Source of the DNA: Octopus bimaculoides
Lineage: Eukaryota
Assembly: GCF_001194135.2 (NCBI RefSeq)
Contig: NC_069005.1
Coordinates: 24,549,404 to 24,582,186 of the forward strand
Reading direction: 5' to 3'
Length of the DNA: 32,783 nt
The notes beneath the pieces were generated by a model. The model saw nothing but the letters and a program-made list of their open reading frames with translations. It was not told the DNA's origin and did no database searches. The position numbers and the translations under genes are program-made. Each line of letters opens with the position of its first letter. Position 1 is the first letter of the stretch. Shown in pieces: positions 1 through 11,789 of the stretch.

Positions 1-40
1 ATTCACTCCTTTGGCTGATTAAGCCATAGCTTCGTTTTAT

Positions 41-150
41 TTGCTTTTTTCATTTTAAATTTGCTTTTTTCATTTTAAATTTGCTTTTTTCATTTTCTTT
101 TTTTCTTCTTCGTTTTATTTGCTTTTTTCTTTTTAAATTTGCTGTTTTAC
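41..150. repeat. 20-bp tandem repeat TTGCTTTTTTCATTTTAAAT (about 3 copies plus decayed copies), followed by a short CCCTAA run at ~150-165
   Basis: Direct reading of the sequence. Confidence 0.8.
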
Positions 151-233
151 CCTAACCCTAACCCTATCACCGATAGAATTGTTTCAGAATCGTTTGTTTA
201 TGTAGTCGGCACTTAATGTATATCGGCTGAATG

Positions 234-250
234 GACGTCAGTGATTGGTT
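234..250. promoter_or_regulatory. Adjacent CRE-like (TGACGTCC on minus, 7/8) and CCAAT-box (ATTGG) motifs
   Basis: GGACGTCAGTGATTGGTT; motif match only, with no transcript evidence. Confidence 0.25.
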
Positions 251-1156
251 GAAATTACAGAAATACGACAACTTTAACATGGAATAACTTAGGGATTTTT
301 TTTTTAGAGAAGACTAAGAGAAAAAAATGTTTTATATGACACATTCTACCAGTGTTCCAAGTTTCAAAGTGTTTCGTTAATGAAAAATGTGGCCCCGTTT
401 TAAAAAAGATCCTAAAATAGGGATAGGACAATAAATATGGAAAGAAATCTGAGAGGAACGGCAATAACAGTAACAAATGAAGTTCAATCAATAGAAATGC
501 ATATGCAGTTATTGTTAATATTGATTACAGAATGTTAAATGATTTTTATAAAACATTTGTTGTTGAAACGATCGTAACGGGTAATAAATATGATACTAAC
601 ATCTTCATTCTTTTATTCATTATACGTTATGCTTTGCAGTTGATGTAAATCTAGATTTTCGGTTTATGTGGAAAATTTTCTTTTATCGTCCATACATTTT
701 TTGTTAATCAGGATTCGTATAAGTGCCAAAATAATTACCTGGATTTCACACACCCCTCTTCACATATGATATGCGTATAAATCTGTATGTATGTATTGTG
801 TATGTATGTGTGTGTGTATTTTAGAAGTGGAAAAGCCAATAGAAATATGTACGAATATGTATACATATACATGTACATGCGTTTATACTGTACCTATATC
901 TGAAAATAAACTCAGATATTTTATAACAGAGCGGCTAAAACACAGAGAAACCGTTTTACTGGTTTTATTCAGTCTACAGTACTATTTATCAGACTCGGTA
1001 GAACATCCGACAAACCATCTACCTCATTTTATTATGATCGTTTGTGTTATGAGATCAAATTCCACTTTGCTTTTCCTTCATCCTTGGAAATGAATTAAAC
1101 TGTCATGCAATCTCGGTGGATGAAACTGGCTCTTAAAGTGATGAATTGGTGGAGTG

Positions 1157-1392
1157 TCATGCATCATTTGTTAGGTCAACATTGCCTTTCACATTTGCAG
1201 AGTTGACAAATAAGGTACCCTCCAGGCAATGAGGATCTGTTTCTATTGAATCGGCTGCGTTATTTTTTGAGAAGGTCCCATTCAAGATGTTCTCACTCAG
1301 AGTATCCCTTTCAGACAGCAAACTCTTCTTGCAACCATACCAATATTCTACTGAAGAATTTAAACTGATGCACGTCAGACCGAGATGTGAAA
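1157..1392 (-). other. Candidate terminal exon of an unidentified antisense transcript
   Basis: Strong minus-strand acceptor (TTCTTTTTCTTCTTTATTTTTGTTCTGTGCAG) immediately before 1392. One frame is open to TGA at 1157 (SHLGLTCISLNSSVEYWYGCKK...DLTNDA*). Minus-strand AATAAA at ~965-970. I recognise no homology. Confidence 0.3.
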
Positions 1393-3365
1393 CTGCACAG
1401 AACAAAAATAAAGAAGAAAAAGAAACGTTTATTCTTTGATTCCTCGTTGCTATGTGTTACGAATATCAGTATGAAATTTGGATACACGAAGGCTTTTCAA
1501 TAGCTTGTAATGAGATTCGAATTCACCTGATTCATTGTTACTTGACAATTCATCGGGATTCACGTGTATGCATACATGCATATGTACACACACACACACA
1601 CACACGTATGTCATTATTCAGTTTATTTCAAGATTTCTTGCCAATAGAGAAAGAACCGGTTTCTAACCTGTATGTATGTATGCATGCATGTAACTGAATG
1701 CATACGTGTATGTATGGACACATACATACACACACTGTATTGATATGCTAGGAATTTAGTGAGAAAAAAACAGCTACCAATATGCAAATGAGTTTTGTCT
1801 AGACACCGCATACTAATTTACACTTTAATAAGTAGCTTTACGTTACAATTATTTTAACGTCTAGAGAAGTGGGGTGGGAGTAAGCGGATCTTGATGATAT
1901 AAGTAAAAATGAAACTTGCTGATGATCATTCTAAGCAGCCGAAATGGCCCTTGCTGTGGTTAATTTCACAGCTAGACATACCGACATGTCTCTGAATATT
2001 TATTTATAGGTAATCTAGTAATCATCTGTATCAGCATTGTCAGGCTGCTTTTGGATTTACTTGTGTTCTACAACTGAAAATATGTGTGCATTCTCATCTG
2101 ACTTCCTTATAATTTGTCGAATGAGAAGAAATCTTCTGCTCGTATGTATTTTATTATCTTTACACCTAAGAGATACCATCCTTCTCAACCAAGCATTATT
2201 TTTGTCTGGCTATATGTGTATTTCTGATAATCATAAACGACGTGTATAAAATTAAATTAAACAACAATTAACTTCATTACGTGACTAATTAAAGGGGACA
2301 CAGATTATGTTTCTGCTTGTGCAATTAGTCTCAGTTAATATGTTTGGTTTACATTTTATAAAATGAAGATGCTTTCATGCTAAGGAGGAGGGTGGTTACA
2401 GTTGCAACTCAATTTAAAACTATTTCTGTTAAATAATTTTCTGTATTAGTGATTTATTGGGAAGTGCTTATTGTAGTGAAGTAATCTTTAGCAATATTAT
2501 ACTGAAGGTTTCAGAGAAAATGTAGTTGAAAAAGATAATATCTTATCAACAAATGAATTATATATGTTATAATAACGACCGAAGAAAACTAAATGTTTTA
2601 TGACAAATTTATTTCGTAAACAGAAATAATTTAACAAAAGAATTTTTCTTTCAAAACAAACTGAAAAAAGCAAAATCCTTTAATCAAATGGATGTTAAAA
2701 CCATGGACATGTATTTCTTGATTATGGGGCTACTATTTCTAAATGTTGACGAAGGGGAATTAAATGTTACAGGCAAAAATATTAATTAGAAGCAAACCAT
2801 GGAAGAGCTTAAAATGCGAAACTTGGAATCAGATATTGAAGATATTTAGTGAGTGGTGTGATTGTAAGTGTAGTGGGTGTAATTTGTTTGGTGAAGTAGC
2901 ACTATTTCTGATGGTAGCAGTAATTGGTGGTTGGTTGAGAATATAGTCATGTAGATGGTATTTCTTGTATGTTGGATGACCACTGCGAGAAGTAACGGAG
3001 TAGTGGTATAAGGGAGAGAGTTATCAAACGTGTAGAGTTTAGTGTGCAGAAAGTATATTTCGTTGGATTGCCAACTGTTTAGCATAATCACCATGAAAAT
3101 ATAACCGAAAAGCTGAATACCATTTAAAACAGATTTGAAATATAAGTTTGAGATATTGATGGGGGAAAAAAAAACGAAAGAAAAATTAATGACGAAAGCG
3201 GCAGGAAGAAATAATAAATTCGTAATTTTCAGATGTTAAAAACGGGAATGACTGCAACAAAAAAAAGGGGCATACCCTGCACGCACGCAAGGATAAAATA
3301 AAATTTAATTTAATAAATATATTCCCAGACGAATTCATATTTTAACAAAATTACATCAAGAGTTA

Positions 3366-3602
3366 TTTACCCTGCTTATTTTTTTATGCATGTGTAACAA
3401 AGAAAACAGCATTAAGATTCACCCGTCCACCATTTTTGAAGACAATCAAACTAAAATTTAATGAGTTCGAACCACTTATCCAATGAGTATTTCTGCCAAA
3501 TTTGGTGAAAATCCGTTCAACCGTTTTCCAGTAATTTTGCAAACACACAGACAAACACGAGCGACTACAATATCCTGCTTTCGCTTACGCGAGCAGGGTA
3601 AA
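3366..3602. mobile_element. Short non-autonomous DNA element with 11-bp inverted termini and a 3' hairpin (HINE/Helentron-like or MITE)
   Basis: TTTACCCTGCT (3366-3376) and AGCAGGGTAAA (3592-3602) are perfect inverted repeats. A 3' stem-loop CCTGCttTCGC-TTAC-GCGAGCAGG lies at 3574-3597, preceded by a short ACAC/AGAC-type tract. Confidence 0.55.
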
Positions 3603-6236
3603 CGAAAAATAGAAAAACAGCCCTGATAGAAAAAACGGAATGAAGGAATGAAATATTGATTCGATATAGAAATATAAATTGTAATTTTCAGCCAATTAAA
3701 ATGGGAAATTAATTTGAGTTTCGAATTAACGAATTGGCGGGAGTGACAATCGCTTTCTGACCATGCACTGCGACAAAAGCTCGGAACACCTGAGGGAACA
3801 GAAGTTTACTTTATGTAGTGATATACGTACATAGCATATGTCAGTAGACATATGCTATGTGCCAAATTCAATTCACATCTACCAAATTCAATTCACACGG
3901 TATTGGTAAACCTGAGGCTACGGCAGAAAATTTATTGAAACTTATGTACTACGGGATCGAACACAGAACCACACAGTTAGTTCTGTATTCGATGTTTGCA
4001 CCCAATGAAACAATAAAAACAATAACTAACTGTTAAATATATAAACTGGGCAGTTACCAAGTTAATGAAAGTAACACCATTAATATTTACTGGTTCGATA
4101 CTCGTCTCTTTGCTGATGGTAAGATGGTAAAATTAAAAAAATTTTTTTGTTAATCTAAAATGCTTCTTTTAAAATCAAGGTATATATTCTGTTTAAATAC
4201 AAAAGGTCTTTGAAAGAATTAGAAAGTTCTTAGCTTTCTATTTTCATTTTCAGAAAAACAAATTTTATATTAGGTGCCGTATAACTGGATAAATTATTGA
4301 AATTTACGTTGTCAATTCCGCAAAGGTTTAATATATTGTATTTACATACTTTTAACTGAAAACATGTATGTTAAAGATATTTAATATTCTGCAAATTCAT
4401 TATATACATTCTACAATATTTACATTTATTTAGATGACTTCTCTATAAATATCATTCTTAGTCAGATTTCTATTTTAATCATTATATGAGTCTTTCTGGC
4501 TGATTTGAGAGAAATTTAGATATGTTATTTGTTCATATTAAATTTTTCACATGAATAACTATGTGTGTGTGTGTGTGTTAGTAATATTTGGAGCTGACGA
4601 TGTTAGGGGGGAAATTTTTATAATAATAGTCCTGATATTAATGCAACGTTTCGGTAAAATATCTTTACCAAAACTTCTTATGCACAAAAAGTGCTAAATT
4701 GTAAATCTCGTTGAATTATTTTTTTATTCACGATACGGAATGTTTTCGTAATTTTTGTTTCTCAAATTTCATATTTGTATATATATATACAAATATTTAA
4801 GTTAAGAGAAATATCTTATTTACTTTACAAACGATAGAATTGACTTTTGAATTTACAGACGGTTCTTGTAAAATAGCTTACCTATCCTCCTCAAAAGTAA
4901 GTGGCTTCAAGAGATGGCAGAAGCTGTATTCAATAAATCAAAGTACATTTACAACTTCAACAACTTTTTTCTACTAGTTGAAAGCTGTAGTTAATCTGTT
5001 ATTTTTATTATCTTTCTCTTTCTTCTCCCTAACTTCATCTTTTGCCTTTCATCACATAATCTATTTTTGTATATGAGAATGAAATATTCATGGACATTTT
5101 TTTTTTCGGTAGCTTGCAAACAAAAAATAAACTTTAACCAAAAATAAACATAAACCTTATTTTTCCTTACGCTGCGCACATGAATTCAATAAATAAATTG
5201 AATAAACTCACTATTTTTATTTCGTTTCTCCAAATAAATTACTTGAAAATCATTCTGATCCGAAGATAGCATGGGACGGACAGAGAATCGCATATTTTAT
5301 GTTACATATTTATGTTTCTTTCAAATCACATTTTATTTCATTCTTCTTATATTACAACTGGAAGACAATGTTAAACTATTATTGGATGTATCTAATTCAA
5401 TTCTTACTGTTTGTAAAACTGTGATTTTAAATGATAACAGTGAAGCAAAGGCGTTTTCATAAATGCTCACTGTGGGACCCTGTCTCTCACTATAAATATC
5501 TGTACATTTCTTTCTCTATCGACAAAATATCTCTCTGGACTGGCACTCTCTCAAAGGGAACAACTATGGAATACTTCATATTTGCATAAGTGGGACTTAT
5601 GTTAATATGAACTATATCATATATTTACATCCGCTTGGGAGTATCATTTATTTAAAACTCTCATTAAGTCATTAATAACACTCATTAAAATAGAAATCGA
5701 TTAGACATTTTCTCTGAGATTGTATAATTATCTTCTTGAAGATTCGATAGCCTGTAAAGGATATGTAATATAGAACTTAATTGTAAGCAGTGACTACATT
5801 TACATTTGAAAGAAACCAATTGCAAACAGTTTTAATTGTAAGACACTACCTTAAGAGACAGAAAGGGAGAAGCAGAAGCAGAAATCTTGTGATAATATAA
5901 TTCTACTCAAGCAAGCAATTCTATAGAATTGAATAATATTGTTGTTTTCTTTCCTCTTTCACATCTGTTTACATTTAATGTCTAAGAGTTCTGAAAATTG
6001 CCGCCAACCTCATCCAGAGCTTATCAAGAAATAATAAAATTCTTGCCGTTTCGCTGGTCGTTTCTTTGCTTTTGAGAAACAGATCAATATTTAAACAAGA
6101 TCCAAGAATTTTGATAGTAAACAAGGAATTTATTGTGTCAATCCTTGATAAAGTGCTTAATTCTATTTATCTAATTTAAATCTTCTTGTTAATCTTTCGT
6201 ACATTTTTTTTATTTCTTTTTTTTTTCTTTTTTCAG

Positions 6237-7522
6237 TTCGATTTGAGAATGAAGAAGCTGAACTTGCAAAGTTTGTAGACTTCCTTAAAACCTCATATCC
6301 AGACGAGTTCAAATCTTTTAAAGGAAAAAGTTTTGAATCAGTGTTTTCAAAGCTCAGAGAAAGTATGGCTCTGCATAAAGTATTTCCAAATACAGAAGAT
6401 TCCACAAAAGTGTCAACGACAAATGGGAACTGCACATGTGACACGACCGCCACCACGCAGCGTCACACGGAACGGCGCCATTTACATAACTCAAATGATC
6501 ACGTGACGCTTATCAGTGCCTTTAAGAATGATGGGACTGCAAACAACCTAGCAGTTTCAAGAACTACAACGCCCTCTACGGGCAAAAAGCAAAACCTCAC
6601 ACATCAAAAATACAAAGTTAATAACAATAACAAAAACACAAATAAACACAGTAAAACAAACACTAACAGTAAAGACATTAACAATAGTAGTAGTAGTCAT
6701 ATTTATACAAGTAGTAATAGTCATAAAAACAGTAGTAGTAGTAGTAGTAGTCATAATAATATTAATAACGCTAGTAGCGAAAGCAATAGTAGTTTTAGTA
6801 TTATTAGTAACGATATCAGTGATATTGTTACTACAATTAGTAGTAGTAGTAGTGGTAGTACGACTGATAGTAACAGTGGTATTTCTATTAACAGTAGCAA
6901 TACTACTATTATTATTGAAAATAGTAGCAATAGTAGTACTAATAGTAGTATTACTAGTGTTAATAGTAGTGATATTAGTAGTAGTGATAGTAATGATAAT
7001 AATAATTATGATGATGATAATTTTAATTATAATATTAATAATAACATTATTAGCATAACAAAACCTTCTATGATTACAAGGGAAGCAATGAAAAGTCCAC
7101 GGGACGTTACAATGAAAGAAGCACAACGACAGAAAACAGTGGAACGCAAATACAGCGACACCAGATACTATGCGAAGGGAGCAGACAACAGAACAGTAAC
7201 TAAGGATTTACCCCAAAACACTAGGATCAAACCGGGTTCACCGCACATCAGTGGATACGATGATTCTAAGAAAGCGCGATTACAAACAGAAGAAAATAAA
7301 CTGCATTCTGGGAATGTGTCGGAACCTCCTTTGTTTGTGTTACATATAAACAACATCAAGGAAAGTTTTTATCTGTTCGGCCATTACGTTGGCAAGGAGA
7401 ATGACAGTCGGGATTACAGGAAGGAGGCTCAGTACTACGAAGATGAGTATGAACGGGTACACCACATCTCCCAGGGAATACATATAGGGAGCATTGTCAT
7501 ACTCTTTATTATGGTGCTTGAG
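6237..7522 (+). CDS. Large internal coding exon of a probable voltage-sensor-domain protein (Hv1/HVCN1- or TMEM266-like): long low-complexity loop followed by most of a putative S2 helix
   Basis: Strong acceptor (long T-rich tract then tttcag, ending 6236) and donor AG|gtaaga at 7522/7523. The frame is open for 428 codons: (x)TT-RFENEEAELAKFVDFLKTSYPDEF...ERVHHISQGIHIGSIVILFIMVLE. The last 15 aa align without gaps to the human HVCN1 S2 helix as I recall it (FHYMSITILVFFMME; H, S, I, I, L, E shared). No other exon was found, so the family call rests on one helix. Confidence 0.7.
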
Positions 7523-7819
7523 GTAAGAGATATGTTCTGTTCTATATATTTTATTTTTTGTATTAATCAGTCAATTTAATCCCATGTAATCTGGATTTAA
7601 GATCTCAGCTGTGTAATAATTATATATCGTAAAGGATAATGACATCCAAAAAAATAATTAAAACAATCAAGAAAACAAACTAATTAATTTTACGCTGCAA
7701 CCAAGAAGTAGAAGTCAACGCTTTGAAGTATGGTCATTCGTCGAGAAGAAAGGACTGAAAATGCGAAACATGCTGGAGAAGTTTACAGCGTAAAATTAAT
7801 TATTACATTGTGTACTTAA

Positions 7820-8112
7820 CCCATTACCTATCAGTGATCTCATATGAGATCACTTAAAAATTACAAATTTCGTAATTATCTGTCAATATTTACACATATC
7901 TAACCTTTTTGCTATATCTACTCGGTATATTTCTCTGATATTCAAATGAGGTTTGCTAATTTTTCACCCAATATCTCGCTTATTTCTATTTAAAATGTTA
8001 TTTTGAAATGTTATTTTGATCATACCAGCGTGTTTCTAAGGCTGTTTTATGCTAGAAATCAAAGTTTCATAAAAAAAAAATTCCAGTTAATAGAATTATG
8101 GGAGGTAATGGG
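7820..8112. mobile_element. piggyBac-like MITE with TTAA target-site duplication
   Basis: TTAA-CCCATTACCT (7816-7829) and AGGTAATGGG-TTAA (8103-8116) are perfect inverted repeats. CCC...GGG ends flanked by TTAA are the piggyBac signature. Confidence 0.75.
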
Positions 8113-8523
8113 TTAATTCTTTGTGTCTGATTCTGAAATATGTTTGGTAGTTATTACAACATCACTGGCTAGCAGTAAATGAGTAACAAAAGTGACCGAG
8201 TAAAGAGGTAAAAAAAAACTTTGGTAAGTCAAGTCGACGAGTAGTTTTGCTCCCTACTATCATTTCATTTCATTTACGACTGTCGCTATTATTGTTGTTA
8301 TGACCATTTCTCTACGGAAATGCAAGAAGAAATTCACAATATCTTATTTGATCGTTTTCTACTAAACAGTACAAACCCTGTTCGCTACCTGTTTAACGAA
8401 TCATTATCCGTAGTTTCGCGAGTAGGTCCGAGAAACAGATAGGGATTTTGCAGGCTATCATTTCCTCTTCCCATTAAGTTATTAGGATTGCTTGCATTAT
8501 CATTTGTTTCTGATGTGGGTTTT

Positions 8524-8557
<34 letters not shown>

Positions 8558-8559
<2 letters not shown>

Positions 8560-8683
8560 AAGGTTGTCCACAAAGTCTTTACATGGAGTAAATAAAATTA
8601 TAACATAAACAATTAAATATAAGAAATAATAATTTCTTAAAGTATGTGTTAATCCCCATGTACCAGACTTTGTGGACACCCTG
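8558..8683. mobile_element. Tc1/mariner-type MITE
   Basis: Imperfect ~28-bp TIRs CAAAGGTTGTCCACAAAGTCTTTACATGG and CCATGTACCAGACTTTGTGGACACCCTG, flanked by TA on both sides within TA runs. Confidence 0.75.
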
Positions 8684-10818
8684 TATATATATTTTTGTGT
8701 ATGAATCTATCTATCTGTCTGTTTGTCCATGTCTCTGTCTATCTGTCTCTCTCTCTCTCTCTCTCTAATATATATATATAATACACAAACATACATACAA
8801 ACACGCATGAATATTTTTAGTTTCAGTCAAAGCAATGCATCATATAAAAAATAATACAAATTGATGGTTTGTATTTATACCATCGAGTTGTTTAATTACT
8901 TCTTGACTTAAAAACAAAACAATTAAAACAATTATCTACATCAGACAATGCTTCATACAAACTATATTATTCTAATATATGTATATATAAGCATACATAC
9001 AAACATACATATATATATATATATATACATAGACAGTCTGTCATACCGGCCATGATGAAATACCACAAGGTATAGAAAATACGTATTCGCCTTTATATAT
9101 TTATATATTTAATCCTTTATATTGAACACTCAATATTTCATATATTCAATAAGACATATTCCATATATTCAATAAGACATTCAATACTCCATTTCATTGT
9201 ACTATCCATCTTTTTTTATATTATATATTCCATATTCTATATCCCACATTAATTTTACAAGAATATAAATAAAAAAAACATAAAAAACAGAGAGTTGGAA
9301 CTCTTTTAAATAAAATTACATATATATAGATATATATATATACACATATATACATATTCAGTGGGAGTCTGTCACTCTGTTTCTTTCGTCAGTTCTCATT
9401 TCTCTTCATTTGTGTTGTTGCACTTTTAAAAATACTGAGCACACATACCATATCTCCAAAATATCTGCTGCTTCCTGTCTCGCGGGAGAAAACAGTTAAA
9501 ATAATTTATACAAATTGACAAGGACATTCCAGTTGATAGAATGCTAAGTTAACGATTTACAATTAGACAGTATTTTTCCTCAAATAGACATAAATAAACA
9601 TCATAGTTCATTTACTCTTCCATCATAATTCTAAGTCGTTTTATAACGACACGAAGCCTAGAATAATTAAGAATTATTTCTGATTCTGCGTTTAGGAATA
9701 CGTGCTAAATAAGTAAAAGGAATACATGCTAAATAATCTACCAAAAATATTTCGTGTTGTTTACTAGAAACTAACTTCCATTACATCTCCTTTGCTCTTC
9801 ATTGATACCCTTTGGGTTTTGTACGTTATTAAGGAATTTATTTCCATTCCATTTCCTCCTTCAAGAATATGTCTCAATGGTTGGGAAAAATTGAAATAAT
9901 TTGGTTTTGAAGAAAAGAAAAAAAAAAACAGACAGCTTTGTATCAGAAAATATGAGAATGAAAAATGAGATTTTTTTTTAATATTTGATGAAGATGAAGG
10001 GTATGACCCAATCTATGGCCTCTTGTGTCTGGTGGGAGATAAGAAAGAAATTATCTTATCTACAGACCGGTAACAAAGTTTAAATGGTTACAATACATAG
10101 AAAAGAATCTTCTGGAGGTACTATAGAGACACTTTAACTCTCTAGATGAGGAGGGGTCTTACTGAGGAGTTTCCACCAAATCTTATAAAGCCTCACCAAT
10201 TCGTGGCCACGACAGAAGATACCCCTGGGAAAATATCTCTGTCTATGTACAGTTCCATTTATACTGTTTGTAATCAGTACAGCTTTTAACTTTTGTATCG
10301 GTTTGTGTTCATATCTTTTTTCCGTGTGGTTTGAGATCAGAAAAAAGTTGGTCATAAGTTAATATATTTATACATAGATACACACACACATTCAACCATT
10401 ATAATGTTAATGACCGTTTATGTTGAGTAGCCTTTTGGAAGCGGTGTCCGTAGACAGCCCTCCATAGGTGCCCATAGACATCCATAGGTATAGGCTGTTT
10501 GGCAACTGCCCACTTACTGAACGGATGGCTGAAGTATCACGTATAGGTGCCGGCTGTGTATTGCGTATCGATCCTCGGAAAAAAAAATATTTCGAATATA
10601 TTTGAACTCGGAACGCAAAGCGTCGTAACTAAATGTTGTTATCTTATCCGGTTAATAAATACGATTACAATTGATCAGACAAAAATTACAGCACACCGCA
10701 GGTGTGGATACCTGCGGTGTGCTGTAATTGTTTTTGACTCATGTATTGTGAACCTCTTTTGTACATGTTTTGCCTGCTGATACCTGCTGGGTGCCTGTTG
10801 TTTGCTCTTGTGTGTGCC

Positions 10819-10918
10819 NNNNNNNNNNNNNNNNNNNNNNNNNNNNNNNNNNNNNNNNNNNNNNNNNNNNNNNNNNNNNNNNNNNNNNNNNNNNNNNNNN
10901 NNNNNNNNNNNNNNNNNN
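10819..10918. other. Assembly gap (100 N)
   Basis: N run. Confidence 1.
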
Positions 10919-11108
10919 TATATATATATATATATACATATATACGACAGGTTTCTTTCAGTTTCCGTTTACCAAATCTATTTGCAAGGCTTCGGTCGGC
11001 CTGGGGCTATAGTAGACAAGACTTTTCCAAGATGCCACGCAGTGAGACTGAACCCTGAGTCATATGGTTGGGAAGCAACCTCCTTATCACACTGCTGCGC
11101 CTGCGCCT
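10919..11108 (-). mobile_element. tRNA-derived SINE, family A (3' end runs into the gap)
   Basis: Reverse-complement match to the copy at 26101-26307 (GGCGCAG..GTG head; GGGCCGACC..AGCCTTG..GATTTGGTAAACGGAAACTGAAAGAA body). Confidence 0.85.
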
Positions 11109-11789
11109 CTAATGGCCTTTGACAACGTCATGAACATCTACCGTTACTACTTTTCTAACATATTCAATAGTAACACTTAATATTAAAAGGTGACATTTCT
11201 TAGTTATTCATTTGTGCTTGGCATATTTCCTTGATAAGTCGCGTTCATTATAATTAACTTCTTTACAGCAATTTACCGATGGAGTGGCCATGTGATCACT
11301 TGACCTGTTAGAAATTGCTAAATTTCGTTCAAATCGTGCCCAGCCGTCTCAAATAATATAAAATCACGTTAGATAATATTAATGTGGTTCTATGTAAAAG
11401 AATGATTACAAGAAATATTTATACTCAAGTGTTCCAACCGTAACCATCCTGTCTTTTTTTCTTTATATGTATTAGAGACGACATAGTCCAATTTGTTCGT
11501 TCTTCTGTGGTGATAACGTTTACTTGTGCGTATTCGCTGACTTTCCCCCCAAGTCCAGCGGCCGCTTAAGTGTTCTGGCCGTATTGGAAATATTTCCTTG
11601 TGTTTGTTGTTTATAGGTTTGAAGGGTGTCTATTGATTATCCTATCTACAGGGGTGGCTACAGAAAATACAAGAACAGAGTTCCTTGGACATATCCAAAT
11701 CCTTGGGTCTTTTGATGTAAGTCCTCTGGGGGTTTTTTTCTAGTCTGGAGGAAGGGGCTGACGTCATGACCCTTGCAGGCTCTCGGAGA

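Noticed and set aside
150-165. Telomeric repeat (CCCTAA)
   Set aside because: Only about two units in an interstitial position; not a telomere.
2773-2848. Possible first coding exon MEELKMRNLESDIEDI with a gtgagt donor
   Set aside because: Weak acceptor, and the phase-2 end is incompatible with the phase-1 start of 6237. I found no intervening S1 exon to link them.
4859-4896. Small + strand exon-like segment (tttacag...gtaagt)
   Set aside because: The only open frame ends in phase 0 and encodes nothing S1-like; it cannot splice in frame to 6237.
6557-7126. 189-aa minus-strand and 79-aa alternative ORFs over the Ser/Asn tract
   Set aside because: Shadows of the trinucleotide repeats (poly-I/T/V); no independent splice signals or homology.
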